Below, one piece after another: positions 57,057-64,000 of a stretch of 64,000 bases of DNA. The translations under genes and the position numbers were made by a program. Source of the DNA: Escherichia coli. GTDB taxonomy: Bacteria > Pseudomonadota > Gammaproteobacteria > Enterobacterales > Enterobacteriaceae. Where the stretch lies: assembly GCF_030013595.1 (NCBI RefSeq), contig NZ_CP122768.1. One strand, given 5' to 3'. The notes beneath the pieces are model-generated. The model saw only the letters and a program-made list of their open reading frames with translations, had not been told where the DNA came from and made no database searches. Positions within the stretch are counted from its first letter, which is position 1. Each line of letters starts with the position of its first letter.

Positions 57057-57070
57057 TGGCTTTTCAGCCA
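57057..57070 (-). promoter_or_regulatory. putative nutL boxB hairpin
   Basis: Transcript-sense UGGCUGAAAAGCCA stem-loop between the putative pL and N start. Confidence 0.35.
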
Positions 57071-57148
57071 CGTAGTCGAGTGTTCGACGTTGTTTAAAGA
57101 GCCTGCCAGTCTGCTCCGTTTGGCTTACAGCGTCCTGCTGACGGTTAA

Positions 57149-57177
57149 ATAGTACGATATGTACTTTATTGGGTCAA
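57149..57177 (-). promoter_or_regulatory. putative pL promoter
   Basis: TTGACC -35 and TACTAT -10 with 17-nt spacer on minus strand upstream of N. Confidence 0.35.
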
Positions 57178-57397
57178 TACAATTTGTTCTAAAATGGGGT
57201 GATTTTTTATAACGCTTTGTATTTAATAGTGTTGTTTTTTAGCGTGGGTGTATCGCCTCGGCGATGTAAGGAGAGATCAGAATTGCGTGGTTTAGTGAGT
57301 TGTATCTATTTATTTTTCAATAAATACATTTGGTTATGTGTCTTTAGGTGGGGGCGTGAGGCAAAGAAAACCCGGCTCGGTGGCCGGGTTGATGGGA

Positions 57398-58255
57398 TTA
57401 TCGTTTATTTCTTTGATGTTTCTTTGCTGACTCAGCTTGAGTGTTTCCATACCTGCGTTTACCGCTATTGTTTTTTCCTCTAGGCTTGCCTTTTTTTCGA
57501 TCTTCCCACCAGTCAGGTGCCGGGTCTGGCTCAACATGTAAAGCATCGGCAAGTCCTGATATCAAGCTGTATGACTGAACTCCATCAATGTGCTCTGACA
57601 GTGATGGGGTAACATTCTGTCTTAGTGGATCAAGAATAAAATCAATACCTTTAATTCTGGCGTGTTTGGCGGCAGGCACAAAGTCTGAGTCCCCAGCAAC
57701 AAGGACAATTACATCAACAAGTTTTTCATAAGCTAAAGTCGTGATATCCATCCCTAGCTTGATATCAACTTGTTTTTGTTTGATGTCATAGTAAAAATCA
57801 TCATTTGTCAGTTCATCCCATTTTTTCGTTCCTTTCATCAGAGCATCAAGGGAGAATGTAGTTAGTTGCCATCGCTTATTATCAACAAGATTCCCTAATC
57901 TTAAGGCTGTTTTTCGAGTTTTTCTTAACTCTTCATGCAGCTCCGTTCTCAGAATATATGATTTTTCGAGTTTGAAATTCTTGCGACCAGGCGTCTTATT
58001 GCCAGGCTCAGGAAGTGGAAGGCGTGTTTGAATGTCGAGTGGTGGACAGTCATAGAAGTAAATTCTATAAAGCTCAAGCGGTTCCCTACGTTCTTGTGAT
58101 TGACGTTTTCCATTAAGATGGGAAAGAACCATTGACCATATTACTTTCATTATGCATTGCGCAGTCAGTTCATGCTCGGCGAAGTGTTTACGATGCGTAG
58201 CATGAACACGCTGCATGAAAAAACCCGCATCAATTAAAATTGCTGCTTTCTTCAT
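57398..58255 (-). CDS. NYN/LabA-like (PIN-fold) nuclease-domain protein with Lys/Arg-rich C-terminal tail; candidate prophage exclusion/defence protein in the rex position
   Basis: 285-aa ORF: N-terminal AILIDAGFF and central VLVAGDSDFVPAAKHARIKGIDF NYN-type motifs; basic tail; between cI and pL/N; AT-rich. Confidence 0.75.
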   Translation of the reverse strand: MKKAAILIDAGFFMQRVHATHRKHFAEHELTAQCIMKVIWSMVLSHLNGKRQSQERREPLELYRIYFYDCPPLDIQTRLPLPEPGNKTPGRKNFKLEKSYILRTELHEELRKTRKTALRLGNLVDNKRWQLTTFSLDALMKGTKKWDELTNDDFYYDIKQKQVDIKLGMDITTLAYEKLVDVIVLVAGDSDFVPAAKHARIKGIDFILDPLRQNVTPSLSEHIDGVQSYSLISGLADALHVEPDPAPDWWEDRKKGKPRGKNNSGKRRYGNTQAESAKKHQRNKR

Positions 58256-58382
58256 AAGAGTCCCAAAAAAATAGCCCAGAGCCGTTATGCAGATATTAAC
58301 AATTGTCTGCGAACGGGGCTGGGCTTGGTTTAATTAATCTATGCCAAGTTGACTGTGCCGTCAACATAAAACTTACTTCCTA

Positions 58383-59036
58383 TCACCCAAACGTCTCTTC
58401 AGGCCACTGACTAGCGATAACTTTCCCCACAACGGAACAACTCTCATTGCATGGGATCATTGGGTATTGTGGGTTTAGTGGCTGTAGAAACACCTGACCG
58501 CTATCCCTGATCAGTTTCTTGAAGGTAAACTCATCACCACCAAGTCTGGCTATACAGAAATCGCCTGGCTCAACAGCCTGCTCAGGGTCAACCAGAATTA
58601 ACATCCCGTCAGGAAAGCTGGGCTTGGATCCTGTTGGTGCGGTCATGGAATTACCTTCAACCTCAAGCCAGAATGCAGAGCCACTGGCTTTTTTGGTTGT
58701 GCTTACCAATCTCTCCGCATCGCCTTTGGTAAAGGTTCTGAGTTCTGGAGAGAACATCCCAGCCTGAACATGAGAAAATACAGGGTACTCATATTGTTTT
58801 TTAACTGGGGCCGATGAGTATTCGCCAACAGGTGAAAATGTCCCGTCGTGGTTGAATGATATGTTATCAATACCAAGGTATTTAAACACCACACCAATAT
58901 CACTAAGAGATGGATGACGAGATCCGCGCAACCAGTGTCCAATCCCACCCTGCGTCATACCTAGCTCTTCGGCTAACTTCTCTTGAGTTATGCCGAGCTC
59001 TTTCATTCTGGATCTAGCCAGTTCATACCATTTCAT
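58383..59036 (-). CDS. cI: cI-type prophage repressor (HTH plus S24 LexA-like peptidase domain)
   Basis: ORF 58383-59084; probable start ATG 59036 ([10 protein letters not shown]...) 7 nt after AAGGA; C-terminal GNSMTAP...KKL...PLNPQYPMI autocleavage domain. Confidence 0.85.
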   Translation of the reverse strand: MKWYELARSRMKELGITQEKLAEELGMTQGGIGHWLRGSRHPSLSDIGVVFKYLGIDNISFNHDGTFSPVGEYSSAPVKKQYEYPVFSHVQAGMFSPELRTFTKGDAERLVSTTKKASGSAFWLEVEGNSMTAPTGSKPSFPDGMLILVDPEQAVEPGDFCIARLGGDEFTFKKLIRDSGQVFLQPLNPQYPMIPCNESCSVVGKVIASQWPEETFG

Positions 59037-59152
59037 TTTCATGTCCTTATTATTACGCTCTGTACTGGAACCATCAATGCACAATGTGTATTTTTGCTTG
59101 TATTTGGAAAGTACATATTGTATTTTTTATTCGAGGTTACTATGGAGGGCAT

Positions 59153-59368
59153 ATGAGCAACCTACGAAAATATCGAGAGTCACTGAATATCTCTCAAACA
59201 ACACTTGCTAAGGCAGTTGGATGCACACAGGGAGCTATCGGACATTGGGAATCTGGTCGTCGCTTCCCAGACCTTAAAACATGCCGTGCTCTTGTTGCGT
59301 GCCTAAATAAGTTAGGCGCAAAAGTAAGTCTTGATGACGTGTTCCCGCCGGAACACAAAGCCGCTTAA
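59153..59368 (+). CDS. cro: Cro-like HTH repressor
   Basis: ORF 59084-59368; start refined to ATG 59153 after GGAGGG; HTH QTTLAKAVGCTQGAIGHWE; divergent from cI. Confidence 0.7.
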   Translation: MSNLRKYRESLNISQTTLAKAVGCTQGAIGHWESGRRFPDLKTCRALVACLNKLGAKVSLDDVFPPEHKAA

Positions 59369-59509
59369 TAAGCGGAGCCGCTCTTTGTAACAACGGACAT
59401 TCGTCCTACGTCGCTGAAAAGCGAGTCCCAAGATATCTGACCAACTAAGGCCATATGCGTTTCCACGCATACCTTTCAACTAACTATTCACTATTGGAAA
59501 TCTTAAGAA

Positions 59510-59806
59510 ATGGAACGAACAAGTTACAGCAAACTATCACAGCGTGACGTTGATCGCGCAGAAACAGATTTACTCATCAACCTATCAACGCTTACCCAGC
59601 GCGGTCTGGCAAAGATGATTGGCTGTCATGAATCGAAGATAAGCAGAACGGACTGGAGATTTATTGCTTCGGTCTTGTGTGCTTTCGGAATGGCATCAGA
59701 CATCAGTCCGATTAGCAGGGCTTTTAAGTATGCGCTTGATGAAATCACAAAGAAAAAATCCCCGGCCGCCACCGAGGATTTTAAGCAAATTGATATGCAA
59801 TTCTGA
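59510..59806 (+). CDS. cII: CII-like transcriptional activator
   Basis: 98-aa ORF; C-terminus ...KKKSPAATEDFKQIDMQF resembles lambda CII ...KKRPAATERSEQIQMEF. Confidence 0.8.
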   Translation: MERTSYSKLSQRDVDRAETDLLINLSTLTQRGLAKMIGCHESKISRTDWRFIASVLCAFGMASDISPISRAFKYALDEITKKKSPAATEDFKQIDMQF

Positions 59807-59838
59807 GGGAATTACTGGATCAATCTACAGGGGTCATT

Positions 59839-60738
59839 ATGACAAATACAGCAAAAATACTCAACTTCTGCAGAGGTAACTTTGCCGAACAGGAGCGTAA
59901 TGTGGCAGATCTCGATGATGGTTACGCCAGACTATCAAATATGCTGCTTGAGGCTTATTCAGGCGCAGATCTGACCAAGCGACAGTTTAAAGTGCTGCTT
60001 GCCATTCTGCGTAAAACCTATGGGTGGAATAAACCAATGGACAGAATCACCGATTCTCAACTTAGCGAGATTACAAAGTTACCTGTCAAACGGTGCAATG
60101 AAGCCAAGTTAGAGCTCGTCAGAATGAATATTATCAAGCAGCAAGGCGGCATGTTTGGACCAAATAAAAACATCTCAGAATGGTGTATCCCTCAAAACGA
60201 GGGAAAATCCCCTAAAACGAGGGATAAAACATCCCTCAAATTGGGGGATTGCTATCCCTCAAAACAGGGGAACACAAAAGACACTAATACAAAAGAAAAA
60301 AGAAAAGATTATTCGTCAGAGAATTCTGGCGAATCCTCTGACCAGCCAGAAAACGATCTTTCTGTGGTTAAACCGGATGCTGCAATTCAGAGCGGCAGCA
60401 AGTGGGGAACAGCAGAAGACCTGACCGCCGCAGAGTGGATGTTTGACATGGTGAAGACCATCGCGCCATCAGCCAGAAAACCGAATTTTGCTGGGTGGGC
60501 TAACGATATCCGCCTGATGCGTGAACGTGACGGACGTAACCACCGCGATATGTGTGTGCTTTTCCGCTGGGCCTGCCAGGACAACTTCTGGTCCGGTAAC
60601 GTGCTGAGTCCGGCCAAACTCCGCGACAAGTGGACCCAGCTCGAAATCAACCGTAACAAGCAACAGGCAGGCGTGACAGCCAGCAAACCAAAACTCGACC
60701 TGACAAACACTGACTGGATTTACGGGGTGGATTTATGA
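59839..60738 (+). CDS. O: replication initiator O
   Basis: 299-aa ORF essentially identical to lambda O as recalled; contains ori iterons. Confidence 0.95.
   Translation: MTNTAKILNFCRGNFAEQERNVADLDDGYARLSNMLLEAYSGADLTKRQFKVLLAILRKTYGWNKPMDRITDSQLSEITKLPVKRCNEAKLELVRMNIIKQQGGMFGPNKNISEWCIPQNEGKSPKTRDKTSLKLGDCYPSKQGNTKDTNTKEKRKDYSSENSGESSDQPENDLSVVKPDAAIQSGSKWGTAEDLTAAEWMFDMVKTIAPSARKPNFAGWANDIRLMRERDGRNHRDMCVLFRWACQDNFWSGNVLSPAKLRDKWTQLEINRNKQQAGVTASKPKLDLTNTDWIYGVDL
60187..60270 (+). repeat. ori-lambda iterons (four approx. 18-bp repeats ATCCCTCAAAACGAGGGA-like) followed by AT-rich segment
   Basis: Directly visible repeats tccctcaaaacgaggga / tcccctaaaacgaggga / tccctcaaattggggga / tccctcaaaacagggg inside O. 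Confidence 0.7.
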
Positions 60739-61436
60739 AAAACATCGCCGCACAGATGGTTAACTTTGACCGTGAGCAGATGCGTCGGATCGCCAACAAC
60801 ATGCCGGAACAGTACGACGAAAAGCCGCAGGTACAACAGGTAGCGCAGATCATCAATGGTGTGTTCAGCCAGTTACTGGCAACTTTCCCGGCGAGCCAGG
60901 CTAACCGGGACCAGAACGAACTGAACGAAATCCGCCGCCAGTGGGTGCTGGCTTTCCGGGAAAACGGGATCACCACGATGGAACAGGTTAACGCAGGAAT
61001 GCGCGTAGCCCGTCGGCAGAATCGACCATTTCTGCCATCACCCGGGCAGTTTGTTGCATGGTGCCGGGAAGAAGCATCCGTTACCGCCGGACTGCCAAAC
61101 GTCAGCGAGCTGGTTGATATGGTTTACGAGTATTGCCGGAAGCGAGGCCTGTATCCGGATGCGGAGTCTTATCCGTGGAAATCAAACGCGCACTACTGGC
61201 TGGTTACCAACCTGTATCAGAACATGCGGGCCAATGCGCTTACTGATGCGGAATTACGCCGTAAGGCCGCAGATGAGCTTGTCCATATGACTGCGAGAAT
61301 TAACCGTGGTGAGGCGATCCCTGAACCAGTAAAACAACTTCCTGTCATGGGCGGTAGACCTCTAAATCGTGCACAGGCTCTGGCGAAGATCGCAGAAATC
61401 AAAGCTAAGTTCGGACTGAAAGGAGCAAGTGTATGA
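60735..61436 (+). CDS. P: replication protein P (DnaB helicase loader)
   Basis: 233-aa ORF; ATGA overlap with O stop. Confidence 0.95.
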   Translation: MKNIAAQMVNFDREQMRRIANNMPEQYDEKPQVQQVAQIINGVFSQLLATFPASQANRDQNELNEIRRQWVLAFRENGITTMEQVNAGMRVARRQNRPFLPSPGQFVAWCREEASVTAGLPNVSELVDMVYEYCRKRGLYPDAESYPWKSNAHYWLVTNLYQNMRANALTDAELRRKAADELVHMTARINRGEAIPEPVKQLPVMGGRPLNRAQALAKIAEIKAKFGLKGASV

Positions 61437-61723
61437 CGGGCAAAGAGGCAATTATTCATTACCTGGGGACGCATAATAGCTTCTGTGCGCCGGACGTTGC
61501 CGCGCTAACAGGCGCAACAGTAACCAGCATAAATCAGGCCGCGGCTAAAATGGCACGGGCAGGTCTTCTGGTTATCGAAGGTAAGGTCTGGCGAACGGTG
61601 TATTACCGGTTTGCTACCAGGGAAGAACGGGAAGGAAAGATGAGCACGAACCTGATTTTTAAGGAGTGTCGCCAGAGTGCCGCGATGAAACGGGTATTGG
61701 CGGTATATGGAGTTAAAAGATGA
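61433..61723 (+). CDS. ren: Ren (Rex exclusion protection protein)
   Basis: 96-aa ORF immediately after P with ATGA overlap. Confidence 0.85.
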   Translation: MTGKEAIIHYLGTHNSFCAPDVAALTGATVTSINQAAAKMARAGLLVIEGKVWRTVYYRFATREEREGKMSTNLIFKECRQSAAMKRVLAVYGVKR

Positions 61724-61749
61724 CCATCTACATTACTGAGCTAATAACA

Positions 61750-61780
61750 GGCCTGCTGGTAATCGCAGGCCTTTTTATTT
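61750..61780 (+). terminator. tR2-like rho-independent terminator
   Basis: caggcctgctggtaatcgcaggcc hairpin followed by TTTTTATTT between ren and ninB. Confidence 0.5.
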
Positions 61781-61796
61781 GGGGGAGAGGGAAGTC

Positions 61797-62237
61797 ATGA
61801 AAAAACTAACCTTTGAAATTCGATCTCCAGCACATCAGCAAAACGCTATTCACGCAGTACAGCAAATCCTTCCAGACCCAACCAAACCAATCGTAGTAAC
61901 CATTCAGGAGCGCAACCGCAGCTTAGACCAAAATCGGAAGCTTTGGGCTTGCCTTGGTGACGTTTCGCGTCAGGTTGAATGGCATGGTCGCTGGCTGGAT
62001 GCAGAAAGCTGGAAGTGTGTGTTTACCGCAGCATTAAAGCAGCAGGATGTTGTTCCTAACCTTGCCGGGAATGGCTTTGTGGTAATAGGCCAGTCAACCA
62101 GCAGGATGCGTGTAAACGAATTTGCGGAGCTATTAGAGCTTATACAGGCATTCGGTACAGAGCGTGGCGTTAAGTGGTCAGACGAAGCGAGACTGGCTCT
62201 GGAGTGGAAAGCGAGATGGGGAGATCGGGCTGCATGA
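61797..62237 (+). CDS. ninB: NinB recombination protein (Orf)
   Basis: ORF 61779-62237; start refined to ATG 61797 after GGGGGAGAGGG. Confidence 0.85.
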   Translation: MKKLTFEIRSPAHQQNAIHAVQQILPDPTKPIVVTIQERNRSLDQNRKLWACLGDVSRQVEWHGRWLDAESWKCVFTAALKQQDVVPNLAGNGFVVIGQSTSRMRVNEFAELLELIQAFGTERGVKWSDEARLALEWKARWGDRAA

Positions 62238-62761
62238 CTATCAAATCAAATACGCCAGCACACGACAAGGACTGCTGGCAAACGCCGCTTTGGCTTTTTG
62301 ATGCACTGGATATTGAGTTTGGATTCTGGCTGGATTCGGCAGCGAGCGACAAAAATGCTCTGTGTGCTCACTGGCTAACTGAGGCCGACGACGCGCTCAA
62401 TTCTGAGTGGGTAAGCCACGGTGCAATCTGGAATAACCCACCGTACAGCAATATCAGGCCGTGGGTGGAAAAAGCCGCTGAGCAGTGCATACAACAGCGA
62501 CAGACGGTAGTGATGCTTGTGCCAGAGGATATGTCAGTCGGATGGTTCAGCAAGGCTCTGGAGAGTGTCGACGAAGTTCGCATTATCACTGATGGACGGA
62601 TTAATTTTATCGAACCATCGACGGGGCTGGAGAAGAAGGGAAACAGCAAAGGCTCCATGCTGCTGATTTGGCGACCGTTCATCAGTCCTCGACGGATGTT
62701 TACTACCGTATCCAAAGCGGCATTGATAGCGATCGGGCAGGGCGTCAGGAGGGCGGCATGA
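62234..62761 (+). CDS. phage N6-adenine DNA methyltransferase (orphan)
   Basis: ORF 62174-62761; start ATG 62234 overlapping ninB stop; NPPY catalytic motif (IWNNPPYS). Confidence 0.8.
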   Translation: MTIKSNTPAHDKDCWQTPLWLFDALDIEFGFWLDSAASDKNALCAHWLTEADDALNSEWVSHGAIWNNPPYSNIRPWVEKAAEQCIQQRQTVVMLVPEDMSVGWFSKALESVDEVRIITDGRINFIEPSTGLEKKGNSKGSMLLIWRPFISPRRMFTTVSKAALIAIGQGVRRAA

Positions 62762-62934
62762 GGCGACAGCGACGAAGTTTCACCGACATCATCTGCGAAA
62801 ACTGCAAATACCTTCCAACGAAACGCTCCAGAAATAAACGCAAGCCAATCCCAAAAGAATCTGACGTAAAAACCTTCAACTACACGGCTCACCTGTGGGA
62901 TATCCGGTGGCTAAGACATCGTGCGAGGAAATGA
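62758..62934 (+). CDS. ninE: NinE
   Basis: [27 protein letters not shown]... within ORF 62668-62934; ATGA overlap with methyltransferase stop. Confidence 0.75.
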   Translation: MRRQRRSFTDIICENCKYLPTKRSRNKRKPIPKESDVKTFNYTAHLWDIRWLRHRARK

Positions 62935-62936
62935 CA

Positions 62937-63338
62937 ATGCTTTTAATTCAACCTGGATTTGGCCTTAGCATCAAAAAAGGACACATGTTTGGCGAGAAAG
63001 AGTCACAACGAAAAATGGTGTCTATCCGGTTGCCATTTATCAGTATTTATTGGCTAAACAGGGAGGCAACAAATTATTGGTATACATGCGCCAGAGCAGC
63101 ATTTAACGACCCTGACTGGTTTGTGAAAAACCACCATGCGGTTCGTCAGGCAAAGAGAAAGGCCAATACGACATACATGAAGGCGTATCGAAAAGCATGG
63201 AAAGAACACCGCGATCGATACCAGCAAGACATGGAAAAGCTTGAATCAGAAAACATGGAATTAAGACGAAAGCTTGGTGAAGCAAAACGAGACATTGATG
63301 CTTACAAGCGACTTTTTAATGGTGAAAGCCATGCTTAG
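62937..63338 (+). CDS. hypothetical nin-region protein with C-terminal coiled coil
   Basis: ORF 62895-63338; likely start ATG 62937 after GAGG; C-terminal QQDMEKLESENMELRRKLGEAKRDIDAYKRL heptad-like. Confidence 0.4.
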   Translation: MLLIQPGFGLSIKKGHMFGEKESQRKMVSIRLPFISIYWLNREATNYWYTCARAAFNDPDWFVKNHHAVRQAKRKANTTYMKAYRKAWKEHRDRYQQDMEKLESENMELRRKLGEAKRDIDAYKRLFNGESHA

Positions 63339-63507
63339 CCCATCCCAAACCCTTCAATACCAGAAAGAAAGCGTCGAGCGAGCTTTAACGTGCGCTAACT
63401 GCGGTCAGAAGCTGCATGTGCTTGAAGTTCATGTGTGTGAGCACTGCTGCGCAGAACTGATGAGCGATCCGAATAGCTCAATGTACGAGGAAGAAGACGA
63501 TGAATGA
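63331..63507 (+). CDS. ninF: NinF (Cys-rich)
   Basis: MLSPSQTLQYQKESVERALTCANCGQKLHVLEVHVCEHCCAELM... within ORF 63274-63507. Confidence 0.75.
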   Translation: MLSPSQTLQYQKESVERALTCANCGQKLHVLEVHVCEHCCAELMSDPNSSMYEEEDDE

Positions 63508-64000
63508 GTTAATAAATGGCAATGCCATCAAAATGACAAGCATTGAAATCGCTGAGTTGGTGGGTAAGCGTCATGACAATGTGAAACGTACCATCGAAAC
63601 GCTGGCTAAAAATGGTGTTATCCGGCTTCCTCAAATTGAGGTTTCCGAAAGAATCAATAACTTAGGGTTCAATGTTCAGTACGAGCATTACGTCTTCGAA
63701 GGCGAACAAGGTAAGCGAGATAGTATTGTTGTTGTTGCCCAGTTGTCGCCAGAGTTCACCGCTCGCCTTGTTGACCGCTGGCGAGAGCTTGAAGAAACTG
63801 CGGCTAATATCCCCAAAACGCTACCAGAAGCGTTGCGCCTTGCTGCTGATCTTGCTGAGCAGAAAATGCAACTGGAAAACCAGCTCGCAATTGCCGCACC
63901 TAAAGTTGAGTTTGCCGATCGTGTTGGCGAGGCCAGCGGAATTTTGATTGGAAACTTTGCAAAGGTTGTTGGAATTGGTCAAAACAAACTGTTTGCGTGG
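63500..64000 (+). CDS. Rha/Roi-like phage regulatory protein, 5' portion (runs off window end)
   Basis: ATG 63500 overlapping ninF stop; N-terminus MNELINGNAIKMTSIEIAELVGKRHDNVKRTIETL typical of the Phage_pRha family; open to 64000. Confidence 0.6.
   Translation, partial: MNELINGNAIKMTSIEIAELVGKRHDNVKRTIETLAKNGVIRLPQIEVSERINNLGFNVQYEHYVFEGEQGKRDSIVVVAQLSPEFTARLVDRWRELEETAANIPKTLPEALRLAADLAEQKMQLENQLAIAAPKVEFADRVGEASGILIGNFAKVVGIGQNKLFAW

Noticed and set aside
57199-57483. 94-aa plus-strand ORF between the NYN gene and pL
   Set aside because: Overlaps the putative pL/OL region and the 3' end of the NYN gene on the opposite strand; no RBS
63672-63947. 91-aa ORF in the six-frame track
   Set aside because: Out-of-frame overlap with the Rha-like gene that starts at 63500; the Rha-like frame has the convincing family motif

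Overview
This window is E. coli chromosome, colinear (inverted) with the K-12 xapA to dsdA region, followed by accessory DNA. Core genes run from yfeN' (partial) through xapABR, a Lys/Val tRNA cluster, gltX, yfeCD, two Ala tRNAs, pdeA, nupC, mntH, ypeC, yfeO, glk, the fry PTS operon, ypdCBA, alaC, ypdK, lpxP, yfdY, ypdI, yfdX, frc, oxc, yfdV, yfdE, evgSA, emrKY and dsdA. Three strain-specific events stand out. First, a complete 768-bp IS1 with a 9-bp target duplication sits between yfdV and yfdE. Second, dsdC and the 5' part of dsdX are replaced by the sucrose locus cscR-cscA-cscK-cscB. Third, from about 51.1 kb to the window end there is the torI-proximal arm of an argW/KplE1-type lambdoid prophage. 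The prophage is mosaic: a lambda-like early-left module (ea genes, exo, bet, gam, kil, cIII, ral-like), a P22-gene-24-like N, a distinct cI/cro/cII immunity region, and lambda-like O (with ori iterons), P, ren and nin genes. The most interesting candidate is a 285-aa NYN (PIN-like nuclease) domain protein with a Lys/Arg-rich tail, sitting between cI and N exactly where lambda carries rexAB; I propose it as a prophage-encoded exclusion or abortive-infection gene. All identifications rest on reading the supplied translations and sequence and on recalled family knowledge; no database search was run, and several coordinates are start-codon refinements of the ORF track.
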